Source: Octopus sinensis
Lineage: Eukaryota
Assembly (NCBI RefSeq): GCF_006345805.1
Contig: NC_043017.1
Span: 7,006,001-7,070,000, forward strand
Direction of reading: 5' to 3'
Length of the DNA stretch: 64,000 bases
The stretch's first letter is position 1. Each line of letters starts with the position of its first letter. The notes under the pieces were generated by a model. That model did no database searches. It saw nothing but the letters and a program-made list of their open reading frames with translations, and had not been told where the DNA came from. Position numbers and translations under genes: made by a program. Shown piece by piece: positions 26,319-40,247 of this stretch.

Positions 26319-27305
26319 GGTGTCCCAGAAGTTGCGCACTCCATTGATCCAATCAGTGGAACAGCCTGCTAATGAAATTAACGTGCAAGTGGCTGAGTAC
26401 TCCACAGACAATAATGTATTAATTTTGGGGACTCCATTACCAGTAGATTCTTTCGTATTAAATAATTGTGATAAAATATTGATTTCAAACTTTGGCACAA
26501 GGCCAGAAATTTTGGGGGTAGGGGCTTAAGTCGATTACATCGACCCCAATGTTCAACTGGTACTTATTTTATTGAATCCATAAGGATGAAAGGCAAGGTC
26601 GACCTCGGTGAAATTTGAACTCAGAATTTAAAGACAGATGAAATGCTGCTAAGCATTGTGCCTGGTGTTCTACCGATTCTGCCAGCTTGAAAAATGAAGT
26701 TGTTTTTTTTCCAACCCTTTGTGGGGCATATATTTCTGGGGGAGGTAAGTTATGGTGGGTCCTGTGGGAAAATAGGTTTGGAAACTCTATGCTAGGGAAT
26801 CAATGATAGAACAAAAAAGGAGAGTGAGAGAAAGAAATCTGGTAGTGAGGGACAGATAGAGGTAGAAAAGTAAAGAAGATAAGCCAGATGAGTATTATTA
26901 GAAAGAGGAAGCCATGGAAAGGTTGGGGTGGCACAGACTGTTGTGGTCAGTCAAGGGAGAGGTGGTTTAAATGTCAAGAGTCCTCAGAATGATTAATGTG
27001 TCTTAAAATAAAGTCGGAAGAACCATGTGCCATAGTGAAAAAGTATTAAGTACAACCTTGTTTGTATATATCTGCACGTACATATGGTCGGTCGTGCAAA
27101 CGCATACACATACACGCACTAACGTGAAGGTATGTACATAAGTGTAGATACACATGCACATGCACACACACACATTTATATAGACACATACACATACACC
27201 TGAATATATATAGATAAATTTAGATATACACAAACATATATACATTTATATACACATTTGTGTTTGTATATATATATATATATATATATACACATACATA
27301 CATAC

Positions 27306-27400
<95 letters not shown>

Positions 27401-27417
27401 TGTATATATATATATAT

Positions 27418-27504
<87 letters not shown>

Positions 27505-27538
27505 ACACACACACTTAAATATACATATACATATATAC

Positions 27539-27569
<31 letters not shown>

Positions 27570-28571
27570 TATAAATGAGTTTGTATGTGTATGAAAGTAT
27601 ACATATATATATATGTACACATACAAAACATAATGATCTAAATGTAGGAAAATAAACTCACAAATAGCTACACAAAGACAAATATGTGTTCATCTGTGTG
27701 TGTATGTGTTTGTGTACATACATGCACGCACACACACTCACACACACACTCACACACACACTCACACGCACACACTCACACACACACATATTGTGAACTT
27801 TTTGTTGTAGACGACAACTAAGGGTTCTGCAATTTCTCATTTATAATGATCAAATGGCTCAGTGGTTAGAGCGTTGGGCCCACAATCATGTGGTAGTGAG
27901 TTCGATTCCTGGGCCAGGCTGTGTGATGTGTTCTTGAGCAAGACATTTTATTTCACGTTACTCCACTTCACTCACCCATAGAAATGAGTTGTAACATCAC
28001 TGGTGCCAAGCTGTATTGGCCCCTTCGCCGTGCCATTCCCTTGGAGAAGGGAGGCTGGTATGCATGGGTAACTGCTGGTCGTCCATTAAATGACCTTCCC
28101 TGACTTGTGCCTCAGAGGGGGTCTTTGATGATCAAATTTTTGTGCTGTACAGTAGCTCTCTCTCCCTCGATTAAATCGACATTACCTGAACAGTGGCACA
28201 CTGTGCCACCCATCAAATGTTGAAGTGATTGCAGAACAAAGTGAAAGTAAGTGTTTTTCCCAAGAACACACACTGCATCGAACACTCTGGGGATTGTGAG
28301 TGCAACACTCAAACCACTAGGGTATGTGCCCCACCACATACTCGGCCGGCTTTCCCTGATTTCAGTTCTTCGTGTTTTTCTCTGTAGCGAGTAAATATGT
28401 GGAAATTGACGATTTAAAAGTCTGTTATCAGCATATTGGCATTGAAATAATTTTCTTTAGCCCTTATTTATAAGTTGTGTATATATATATATTCTTTTAT
28501 TCGTGTATTTGTTTCAGTTGTTTTATTTATTTATTTGTTTATCTATTGAATTGTGTACTTATTCATAGGCA

Positions 28572-28918
28572 GCTCATCATCATCATCATCATCCAGTGTT
28601 TTAAATTCAGGTTTTATCCCCTTTAATGGGGGTGGCCGAATCTACCTCAATGCCATAGCAACTGCCCTCACAGCATTTTGCCATCTTGCTTGGTTTTGGG
28701 CATCTTCCTTTTTCAAACCAACCCTCCCAATCTCCTCCTCCACCTTTTCCTCAATCTATCTCGCTTTTGTGCTCTGTTTACCTCAAATGCAATCACCCTC
28801 CTCAGAACCTGCCCTTCATCCCTCCCCAACACATACCCATACCACCTCACTCCATTCACCCTTGCCAACCATTCCAACGATTCTTCCAACCTCAGCATTC
28901 CCATCAAATCCCCAGTCC
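28572..28918 (-). mobile_element. RTE-clade LINE 3' end
   Basis: VRWYGYVLGRDEGQVLRRVIAFEVNRAQKRDRLRKRW matches the RTE C-terminal LRWxGHV..R..RGRP..W motif; terminal hairpin and (GAT)n tail. Confidence 0.8.
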
Positions 28919-28927
28919 TCCTCTTAT

Positions 28928-29339
28928 TTCTTTGTTGCCCACAAGGGGCTAAACATAGAGGGGACAACCAAGGACAGACAAAGGGATTAAGTCGATTACA
29001 TCGACCCCAGTACATAACTGGTACTTAATTTATCGACCCCAAAAAGATGAAAGGCAAAGTTGACCTCGGTGGAATTTGAACTCAGAATGTAACAGCAGAC
29101 AAAATACCTATTTCTTTACTACTCACAAGGGGCTAAACACAGAGAGGACAAACAAAGACAGACAAAGGTATTAAGTCGATCACATTGACCCCAGTGTGTA
29201 ACTGGTACTTAATTTATCGACCCCTAAAGGATGAAAGGCAAAGTTGACCTCAGTGGAATTTGAACTCAGAATGTAATGGCAGATGAAATACCACTAAGCA
29301 TTTCGCCCGGCGTGCTAACGATTCTGCCAGCTCACCACC
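28928..29339 (-). mobile_element. SINE B with a tandemly duplicated 3' part, inserted into the RTE fragment
   Basis: Two ~180-bp body units; TSD tcctcttat at 28919-28927 and 29340-29348. Confidence 0.85.
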
Positions 29340-30252
29340 TCCTCTTATCAAACTGCTTTACCCCCACACATTTATCTCACCATTGCTCTTTCAGTGGTTA
29401 GAATATTCAGCTCACAACTGTAAGGTTGTTAGTCCCATTCCCATCAGCACTTTGTGTTCTTGAGCAAGACACTTCCTTTCACACTGCTCCTGTCCACTTA
29501 GCTGACAAAAATGAGTTGTACTTTAACTTCAAGGGGCCAGCTTTTTTGCATTCTGTGTCACACTGAATCTCCTTGAGAACTACATTGAGGGCACATGCAT
29601 CTGTGGAGCGCTCAGCTACTTGATCATTAATTTCATGAGTCGGTTGTTCCTTTGATCAGATCGACTAGAACACTCATCGTTATAATTGACGAAGTGCCAG
29701 TAATTTAGTTAATGATTTACCCAAAGATAAGGAATGCAACAAGAAAGAGTGAGAAACAGAGGAAGATGTAGTGATTATCTCACCAAGAATTTGGATTTAT
29801 TGATTCCATCAAATAAGATCCCTGCTGCTCGTCACAGATTTAAATCACGTTTTAATCGATCAATAACAATGCACTTTGATCAGTTATCGGTACAGTGGAT
29901 GTTTGGCAAAGGTGATACACAATCGATCACATAGTTACAAGTTCAATCACTTTCTGGTGTATTGGAATTATATCTGTTGTCAAGACACCCCATTCTTGGT
30001 GTGCGTGTTTCACTTAGGTACTAATCAGCTGGGTACTTTGGTGCAGGTATGGCTGTGTGGTAAGAAGGTTGCTTCCAAACCACATGGTTTCAGGTTCAGT
30101 CCCACAACACGGCACCTTGGAGAAATGTCTTCTACTGTAGCCCAGGGGCAACCAAAGCCTTGTGAGTGAATTTGGTAGATGGAAACTGAAAGGAACCTAC
30201 CTTCTATGTGTGTGCATGCGTGTATGTGTGTGCATGTGTGTGTGTGTGTATA

Positions 30253-30704
30253 CAGGGTGTGATGAGTAAATTGTTGCCATTTCTATTTCGAGCCTGTGCA
30301 TTGTTTGTTTTTGATTTTGTCAACTACACAGTATAGTAGGGTCAGTTGGGCACCGATTGTGAGAAAACCATCACCATGATGCAATTTACTCTGCCAGAAA
30401 TTTGGAAATGACATGTTGTGCTGCTTGGCATTCACACCAGAAGCTACAATACGAACATTTCAGGGTGTTTGGGTGTCATTCTGAGGACAGTGCAAAGAAT
30501 TCAGAAAGGGGTGGATGAGTCTAATGGTGATTACAAAGGTATGGCAGCTTGGGAAACTCACTCTGGTCATTTTAACAAGAAAAGAACTCCTGAATTTGTT
30601 CGTGAGATCCAGGCCATGATTGACAACAATCCCTCCAAGCCAACCAAGTCCATCACCAGGAACACAGAAGTGTTTGGGTTTCTTATCGGGTAGGTAGTGC
30701 ATTG
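30253..30704 (+). mobile_element. Tc1/mariner (maT/DD37D-like) transposon 5' remnant
   Basis: TA|CAGGGTG terminus; HTH-like NTNISGCLGVILRTVQRIQK..KKRTPEFVREIQAMIDNNPSK. Confidence 0.7.
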
Positions 30705-31410
30705 ACCATGACAGAGAAAGTTGTCATGGTGATACCTGCTCAGAGGCCTACACAATGTTGCAGAAAGTGTATGGAGAGGAATATATGAGCCACACACAAG
30801 TGTACGAGTGGTTCAGACGTTTCTAAGATGGATGGGAAAATGTCGATATTGACGAATGTGCTGGGAGACCCACAACCAGCAGAACTGAGGAAAACATTGC
30901 AGATGTGCATGCAGCTGTGAGGGGAAATCATTGAATCACCACCTGTGAGTTATCAGAAGATGTACAGATTAGTTACGGTTCAGTTAAGTCCATTATCACT
31001 GAATATTTGGGTATGAGACGCATGTCTGCTAAGTTTGTGCCAAAACTGCTTTCAGCTGACCAAAAAGACTCCTGGGTTTCAGTTGCACAAGATCTCTTTG
31101 ATTGTGTTGAAAATGATGAAAACATTTTGAAAATCTGCATAGGCCTCTGAGCAGATATCGCCAAGACTTTGGCAAAATTTGATGCAGGTTCTGTGCTCAA
31201 CTTGGCCTATCATGGTCAATGCAACGATCACACGCTACACATGTTCCTTCCAAGCACTGCTGTAAACAGTGGAAGTGAGCTAGACCGTTAAAACTTAGTG
31301 TGCATGCACAGCAGAGTTCAAGGTCAATCTGTGCCAAGCAACTTCACTCTGCATGCTTTAGCTTCGTTACTATGGCAACAGTCCGGATACTTATTGATCA
31401 GACCACACAT
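30705..31410 (+). mobile_element. mariner transposon remnant, internally deleted
   Basis: EAYTMLQKVYGEEYMSHTQVYEWFRRF*DG..GRP..LGMRRMSAKFVPKLL, a mariner HTH with the WVPxxL-like linker; right TIR CAGTCCGGATACTTATTGATCAGACC. Confidence 0.85.
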
Positions 31411-31581
31411 CTACACTGCTAAGAAAGTAATTATGCTTAGAGTCAATAAATATCACATTAGACATTCATGTCAGTTTGTTGTTTCTCAATAAACAAGATA
31501 TATATATATACACAGTATACAACCACTCTATCACTCCACCACCGCTCATGTCTCTTTGAGATATTTAGAAATTCAATATTT

Positions 31582-31915
31582 CTAACCAGCCTCATCTGGC
31601 ACCTGTGTCGGTGGCACATAAAAACACCATCCGAGCGTGGCCGTCTGCCAGCCTCGTCTGGCACCTGTGTCAGTGGCACATAAAAACACCATCCGAGCGT
31701 GGCCGTTCGCCAGCCTCGTCTGGCACCTGTGTCGGTGGCACATAAAATCACCCACTACACTCTCGGAGTGGTTGGCGTTAGGAAGGGCATCCAGCTGTAG
31801 AAACACTGCCAGATCTGACTGGTCTGGTGCAGCCTTCGGGCTCCCCAGACCCCAGTTGAACCGTCCAACCCATGCTAGCATGGAAAGCGGACGTTAAATG
31901 ATGATGATGATGATG

Positions 31916-31916
<1 letters not shown>
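31582..31916 (+). mobile_element. Family D copy with three 5' tandem units
   Basis: Units GTGTCGGTGGCACATAAAAACACCATCCGAGCGTGGCCGT..GCCAG-loop-CTGGCACCT followed by the common core and (GAT)n. Confidence 0.85.
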
Positions 31917-31980
<64 letters not shown>

Positions 31981-32089
31981 ATATATATACATATACATAC
32001 ATACGTATATACACTTGTTTTTTTTAACCGCTGTCAATAAATTAGTTGAAGATGATACCTATCGTCTGATAATTTTTATAATCTTCTGC

Positions 32090-35000
32090 CATTATGCCAT
32101 GACTGCTGGTGAAATATCGCTTCGAATAAGATATTAGTATTATAGATACAATGATGTACTACAGCGTTGGTGAAATATCAGATGGTAGTGATATTTCTTT
32201 AAGATACTACATCATTCTGTGAAAGAATATCATGTAGCAGTGATATTTTTTATTTAAAGGTGCAGGATGACTCTATGGTAAGAAGCTTGCTTCCCAACCA
32301 TGTGGTTCTGGGTTCAGATCCCACTGCATGGCACCTTGGTAGATGGAAACTTAAAAAAAGCCCATCGTAGATATTTGTGTGTGTGTGTCTGTGTCTGCCT
32401 GTCTGTATGTGTTTGTGTTTGTCCCTCAATATCGCTCAACAATTGGTGTTGGCGTGTTTATGTCCTTGTAACTTAGTGGTTCGGCAAATGAGATCAAAAG
32501 AATATGTACCAGGCTTATGAAAAATAAGCACTGAGGTTCATCCGTTTTTATGTTCTATGTTCAAATTCTTCCGAGATCAGCTTTGTCTTTCATCCTTCCA
32601 GGGTTGATAAAATAAGTACCAGTTGAGAACTGGGGTCTATTTAATCGACTCAACCCTGCCCCCAAAATTGTTGGCCTTGTGCCAAAATTTGAAATCAATA
32701 TGATACCTCTCGTATGATAATTTTTGTAATATGCTACAATTATACCAAGGCTGGTGGTGAAATACTAGTCTGAATAAGACACTAGTTTTATTGTGCCTTA
32801 TTATTTAAGATACATCAATATAACCACAGCTATGGAGAAATATCAGATGGTGATATTTCTATAAGATACTGCAATATACTATACCTGCAAAGAAATATCA
32901 GGTAGTAGTGATATTTCTATAGAATATTACAGTATACTATATCTGTAGAGGAATATTGAATGACTGTGATACTTCCATTAGGATGATACGTATCATATGA
33001 TAATTATTATATTAAGCTACAATTATACCATGCGTGCTAGTGAAATATCTGTTGGAATGAAATATTGATATTATAGTATCTTATTAAGACGACATGACTA
33101 CTGGAGTAATATTGGTTGAAATAAGATATTAAGCCACACGATTTAGTGGTTAGAGCATCGAGCTTACGGTCGTGTGGTTGTGAGTTCGATCCCCGGACCA
33201 GGCTGTGTGTTGTGTTCTTGAGCAAGACACTTTATTTTCATGTCGCTCCAGTTCGCTCAGCTCTAGAAATGAGTTGCAACATCATTGGTGCCAAGCTGTA
33301 TCGGCCCCTTTGCCTTTCCCTTGGATAACATCAATGGTATGGATGGGTAACTGATGTTCTTGCCCAGACTTGTGCCTCAGAAGGTAACTTTCTAGGTGCA
33401 ATCCCATGGTCATTCATGACTGAAGGGGGTCTTTATCCTTTTTTTAATCATCGTCACTTAAATCATCATTTAACTTCTGTTTTTCATGCAGGTATGGATT
33501 GGATAGTTTTAATAGGATCGCGCAAGCTGGAGGGCTGTGCCGAGCTCCAGAATCAGCTTTTGCATGGTTTCCACAGCTGGATGCCCTTCGTTATGCCAAT
33601 CGCCTTAAGAGCATAACGAGTTTTCTTTCTCGTGTCACCAATACTAGCGAGATCTCCAAGTATGCCACAAGACAGAAAAAGATCAGGAAAGGCAAGAAGC
33701 CCCCCCCCTCCGTCCCTCCTTCCCCCCCACAACTAAGTAGAGGGAGAGAGTATTAAGGAGGGGGAGGTGACTTTATGGCAGGTGTCGAGAGAGCAAGGCG
33801 GCGAGCTGGCAGAAACGTTAGCACGCCAGGCAAAATGCTTAGCAGTATTTCGTCTGCGTTACGTTGTGAGTTCAAATTCCGCCGAGGTCGACTTTGCCTT
33901 TCATCCTTTCGGGGGTCAATAAATTAAGTACCAGTTACGCACTGGGGTCGATGTAATTGACTTAATACCTATGTCTGTCCTTGTTTGTCCCCTCTGTGTT
34001 TAGCCCCTTGTGGGTAATAAAGAAATAGGTATTTTGTCTGCGTTACATTGTGAGTTCAAATTCCGCCGAGGTTGACTTTGCCTTTCATCCTTTCGGGGTC
34101 AATAAATTAAGTACCAGTTACGCACTGGGGTCGATGTAATCGACTTAATACCTATGTCTGTCCTTGTTTGTCCCCTCTGTGTTTAGCCCCTTGTGGGTAG
34201 TAAAGAAATAGGTATTGAGAGAGCAACTGACAGAGGGACAAGCTCAGGTGTGTTGTTACAGAGGAGATACGTGGATATTCCACATTATATATGAGGGTGA
34301 GTACTAGTAGCTGGGAAGGAAATGAAGATGGTTATGATTGGGTGCCAGAGCAAACTCTCAAGGTGCAAGAAGGTGAGCATAAGTGGGGGATATGGTCTGT
34401 GGATCAGGGGGGAAGACAAAGAGGTAGGTTAGTTTCATAAGAATGCGAGGGAAGAGTAACAAATGACTAAGGATTGGGGTAGAGGTGAATGGAGCGAGGG
34501 GAGAATAACATGGCTAGAGATGTAAGGGTGAATGATGAGCAAGGCTTGGGTTGCAGCTGGTGGGAAACATCAGTATGAAGTAACTCAGGAAGAAGGGGGG
34601 AGATCATAAACCAGAGGGGAGTGATGTGCAAGATGAAGGAGCGACAGAGAGAGAGATGGTAGAGGTGTACTTAAGGCTGAAGAAATATCAGGTGGTAGTG
34701 ATATTTCTATAAAATACTACGGCATACTAATTATAGACACTGTGAAATACCAGAGGCAGTTATATCTCTATAAACAATATAGATATTCTTCTACGTCTGT
34801 AGAAGTATATCGAATGACAGTGCTATTTCTATAGAAAACCAGAACGTACTAATTATAGCAGCTGTCAAATATCAGATGCTGTGATATTTCTGTGAGATAT
34901 TAAAATACACCATGACTGTTGTGGAATATCAGATATCAGTGATATTGCTATAGTATACTAGAGTATACTATAATTGTGGTGGATTATCGAATGAGGTGCT

Positions 35001-35130
35001 GATAGTTCTACTAATTGTATAATATACTTACTAATATGGCTGTTGTGCAGTATCTTGTGGCTGTGATGTATCTATGAAGTATCACAATATACTATTGCTA
35101 GTGTAGAATATCAGGTGATATCTCCTGATA
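32090..35130. repeat. Old ~60-bp palindromic satellite, fragmented by SINE insertions (blocks at ~32090-32250, 32700-33130 and 34680-35130)
   Basis: Recurring GAAATATCA-(5-9 nt)-TGATATTTC stem followed by related TATA..ATACT.. linkers. Confidence 0.75.
33797..34216 (+). mobile_element. SINE B with internal tandem duplication
   Basis: Head GGCGGCGAGCTGGCAGAAACG, two ~178-bp bodies, TSD gagagagcaa on both sides. Confidence 0.88.
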
Positions 35131-35719
35131 ATTCTAATTCAAAATTTGAAAAAGAAAAGGATAAAAACAATTTGTGAGAGAAGTGCAGAGCTGCTCTTGA
35201 GAATATTGCTTATGGTTGTATGTGTGTTGTACATGTGTATACGAATGTATATATATATATAGTACATGTGTGTGTGTGTATATGTATGTGTGCATGTATA
35301 TATATGTGTATATATATGTGAGTATGTGTGTGTGTGTGTGTGTGCATATAAATGTATGTGTTTATATATATGTATGTATATATATATGTGTGTGTGTATG
35401 TGTTTCTATATATGTGTGTGTGTGCATGTATATATATATATATGTATGTGTATATATGTGTGTCTATGTATGTGTGTGTGTGTATATATAGATATATCTA
35501 TGTGTATGTATACATATGTGTTTCTGTGTGTGTGTGTATATATATATATATATGTGTGTGTATGCATGTGTATATGTGTGTGCGTCTACGTATGTGTGTG
35601 TGTATATATATATCGTTGGGCAGTGATTATGACATATAAACTGGTCCTGAATGTGACTGATAGCATCACGCCATCTCTTGCACCTAAACAGTATTGACAA
35701 CTCTTCAGACATACTTCAC

Positions 35720-35752
<33 letters not shown>

Positions 35753-37867
35753 CGCACGTTCATTTTCCAGGCTGGTTTAGCCGTTCATTCTTAACAGAAC
35801 TAATATCTCTAAATAATAGATTTTTCAGCAAAAATAATTTGTACCAATAACAAAATACGATGAACTGCCAATTTCTTATTTATATACATATATATATATA
35901 TATATATATCTTCTTTTATTCTTTTATTTGTTTCAGTCATTTGACAGTGGCCATGCTGGAGCATCGCCTTTAGTCAAGCAAATCGGCCCCAGAGCTTATT
36001 CTTTGTAAGACTAGTACTTATTCTGTCTGTCTCTCTTGCCGAACCGCTAAGTGACTGGGACATAAACACACCAGCATTGGTTGTCAAGTGATGTTGGGGG
36101 GACAAACACAGACACACAAACATATACATACATACATACATTCATACATATATATATATATATATATATACGACGGGCTTCTTTCAGTTTCCAACTACCA
36201 AATCCATTCACAAGGCTTTGGTCAGCCTGAGGCTACAGTAGAAGACAAAGGCAACCGACAAGCTGTATATTTGCCACTGGTCTCTTCTCTCGGTCAACCA
36301 AGGCTACACCTCTCCACCATGACCACCACTAACAACAACATCGCCTAATACAGTTCTGCTTGATTAAGGCCCACCTGGGGCTAAACAACAATACCTGACT
36401 ATATATTTTACAGTTGATCTGATCTTTCAGGATCAACCAGGATACACTACAACAATAACAACAACAACAAGAGGAGCAAAAGATTTTATTAATGTATTAA
36501 GTCGTTAATTGGAAGAACTTGTACCTCTCAATTACTTGTTGATTAGATTGAGAAATTTAAATTGATTCAGTGACATCCTAATTATATACATCACAGTTGT
36601 TTAATTGTTTTCCTAATTGATTGACGATGCAGTAGATCACAAGTAGAAAATTAGGGAGACATGGTAGTGGTGGTGGTGGTGGTGGTGGTGGTGGCGGTGG
36701 CGGTGGCAGCGGTGGTGGTGGTGATGATGACAGTAATGATAATGATGATGTTTAGCCTCATATCAGCCCTGATCAAGATATTTCAGCCTATAATCAAAAA
36801 AGTTCCAACCATGACCACCCTGTCCTTTTTTCATACATGACTGTGTGGTTAAGAAGCTCACTTTGCTCCATATGGTTTTGGGGTTCTGTCCCACTGTGTG
36901 GCACTTTGGGCAAGTGTCTTCTACTACAGCCCCGGGCCAATCAATGCTTTGTAAGTGAATTTGGTAGATGGAAACTGTGTGGAAGCCCATCATATATGTT
37001 TGTATGCATGTGTCTTTGTGTTTATCCCCCACCACTCTTAACAACCACTATTGCTTTGTTTATGTCCCCCTGACTTAGTGGTTCAGCAAAAGAGACTGAG
37101 AGAATAAGTACCAGACTTCACAGAATGAGTACTGGGGCTTTTGTTCGACGAAAACCTTCAAGGACGTGCCCCAGCATGGCCACAGTCCACTGACTGAAAC
37201 AAGTAAAAGATGAAGATATCAGTAAATGTTTATTATTCATTGTCATCATCATCATCAGCATCATCATCATCATCATGTTGTTAATATTTAGCCCATGGCC
37301 AGCTCTGTTCAAGCAGACTTATTAATCGAAGGCATTTCAGTTGTGACCACCTTGTATTTTTGTGTACATCAAGTACCCCATTGTCTAATGTATCCTTCTT
37401 TATTTAAGACATTGGAGTGTGATCTGAGTGATATTTGGCTGCTGTATCTAACAGGTCAAGTGACCACATGGATGCTCCGTCATTGGTTCAAACACAAGAT
37501 GCATCACATGGTCTTGTCTTCTTTAAGTTCTTGTTAAACCCCCAACATCATTGTCTTAGGAGTAATCAATAATTAATTGACTGTAATTAATTGCATATTG
37601 TCATATTTATGTCATATTCACTTATAACATGACAGTTGCCGTCAAATATCAAAACATTTGACAACAACTGTCAAAGGATTATCATAACTTTTTTTTTTAC
37701 TGAGGTGTTTCACCACTTACATTTACAAGTGAACACTAGATGGGAATCTGTAACATTCATGCCATTCCTTAGAGTATTAACAATCCATGTTTGTCTTTTA
37801 GCCTTTTTTGTTAATTTGTTCTCACACACACACACACACACACACATATAGCCGCTGAGCTGAGTGA

Positions 37868-38200
37868 AGGTGCATGGCTCAGTGGTTAGAGCGTCGGGCT
37901 TATGATCGTGAGGTTGTGAGTTTGAATCCTGGACCGGGCTGCGTGTTGTGTTCATGAGCAAGACACTTTGTTTCACGTTGCTCCAGTTCACTCAGCTGTA
38001 GAAATGAGTTGTGATGTCACTGGTGCCAAGCTGTATCGGCCTTTGCCCTTCCCCCTGGATAACACTGGTGGTGTGGAGAGGGGAAGCCGGTATGCATGGG
38101 CGACTGCTGGTCTTCCATAAACAACCTTGCCCAGACTTGTGCCTAGGAGGGTAACTTTCTAGGTGCAATCCCACAGTCAGTCATAACCGAAGGGGGTCTC
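37868..38200 (+). mobile_element. tRNA-derived CORE-like SINE family C
   Basis: TGGCTCAGTGGTTAGAGC A-box, GAGTTTGAATCC B-box and TGTGTTCATGAGCAAGACACTTT CORE-like domain. Other copies at 27855-28120, 33135-33435 and 14560-14735. Confidence 0.8.
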
Positions 38201-40163
38201 AGCAATTTGTTCTTGTGACAGAAAGCAGGATTTGAACTCCTGATGTACAGAACCAGAACAGATAGCATAAGAAGGCATCCTGTTTTATGTTGCAACAATT
38301 GCACCAGTGCACAGCCGTCAACTAGTTTCTTTATTTGACTCTGAAAGAAGGCAGAGTTTTGACCATAGTGAAAGAAGCTCGCTCCAGGTTCGGTCCCAAA
38401 TCATGATACCTTGGGCTAGTGTCTTCTACTAAAGCCTTGTGCCAGTCAAAGCTTTGTGAGTGGATTTCATGGATGGAAACTGAAAGAAGCTTGTTGTATG
38501 TATACATGTGTGTGTGTGTTTGTCCACCACCACCTCTTGACTACTGATGTTGGCGTGTTTACGTCCCTGTAACTTAGCAGTTCGGCAAAGGAGACTGATA
38601 GAATAATTACTAGGCTTACAAAGAATAAGTCCTGGGGGTCTTAGTCAAATGACTGAAATAAGTAAAAGACTAAAAGAATACTAGACAATACACCATGCTA
38701 CATCCGTTTGCTCACCACACTGTGTTATGTTGTATCATGTGATACTACTCTGAACTGCATTACACAAAGTGTTGTACACCACACTATGGGTCATACCACA
38801 TCGCACTGCATGACAATATACCACACTGCCATGCACTATACTGCACTACATTCTACCACATTGCATTATACTGTACCATATTACAATACATTATGCCACA
38901 CTGCACTGTACAATATTGCATACACCACGTAAGGGTGCATTACACTGTGCTATACTGCAGAATCGCATTCCACTGCATTGTAACCACACTACACTCTACT
39001 CTGTGTCACTATACATAAGCAATATACATCCTCCACCACCACCATACCACTGCCAACACCATTACTACCACCACCACCATCAGTATTACTGCCACCATCA
39101 CCACCACCACTACCATCACTGCCACTACCATCACTGCCATCACCATCACCACCAACAACAACCACCACCATCACCACCACTGCCATCACCATGATGCAGT
39201 GTTATCTTATTGATGACTTTTGCAATACCTGTAGTTTTATATAGAAGAGATACAGTGAAGGGAGGAGATGGTGGGGGGTGAATGGGGGGAACAGCAATAC
39301 TTGCCTTCCTTTCTCTCTCCCTACTCTTCCCCGCCTCTCATTACCGTCTCCAGATAAGTGAGATCAATAACAGTCAATAGGCAGCCAACCAGAACATCTG
39401 TGGGTCTGTGAGGGAGGAAGAGAGAACTGAGGCGGGGGGCAGGGGGTGGGGGGGGTATATGTGGATATATGCTCTACTTCCGTTTCTAGAAATTGGTTGA
39501 TTGACCACAAAAGAGGAGAATGACAGAAGGTGGATTGGGCCAGTGTTGAGTGACAGCCACTGAAAGGATCCCTTCTAGGGTCCAGATGTTGGTGGTAGAG
39601 AGGGCAAAGACTGTGATGATGATGATCATCATCATGAGGAGGAGGAGGAGGATGGAGGAAGCTAATAGTGTTGGTTGTGGTGACAGTAAGGACAAGGATG
39701 ATGATGATTATGTAGGTGGTGGTGGTGATGACGAGGAGGAGGAGGAGAATACTGATGAGGAGGAGGATAGTGAGATGGTGAGAATAATGATGATGATGAT
39801 GATGAGCGGGGTACTGGTGATGCTGGGGTGAGAACAAGGATGTCAGTGATGATGATGATGAGGAGGAGAAGAATGTTGATGGTGATGATGATGAGGGTTG
39901 TGAAGATGATGATGATGATGATATTTCATCATGATTTTCCTGTCAGAAGAAAAGAGCACGTGGCGCTGGGGTGTCGTCATCATCATCATCGTCATCATCA
40001 TCATCGTCATCATCATCATCAGGACTATACAACTGAAGCAAAAAAAAAAAGAACATAACAAGTCCATTAGTACGAACAAAATGTTTTGATGGATGTGTTT
40101 TGAAGATGGATTATAAATAATTGTTTATGCTGCGCTGATAACTGGTTAAATTAACATTTATAG

Positions 40164-40247
40164 TGAAGATGGCAACACATTTTCGCATGTTCCAACCTGT
40201 GCTTTGGCTCTCATCTTCGCTAACAATCACAAACAGCTGTTCGTGTG
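40164..40247 (+). other. Candidate 84-nt exon (5' UTR/uORF, or part of another gene)
   Basis: Acceptor-like ttaacatttatag| and strong donor GTG|gtaagt in unique sequence. ATG at 40169 gives MATHFRMFQPVLWLSSSLTITNSCSC, phase 1. Confidence 0.25.

Noticed and set aside
32090-35130. CRISPR-like repeat-spacer appearance
   Set aside because: The linkers are homologous to each other, the repeats are degenerate, the context is eukaryotic and no cas genes are present; this is a satellite.
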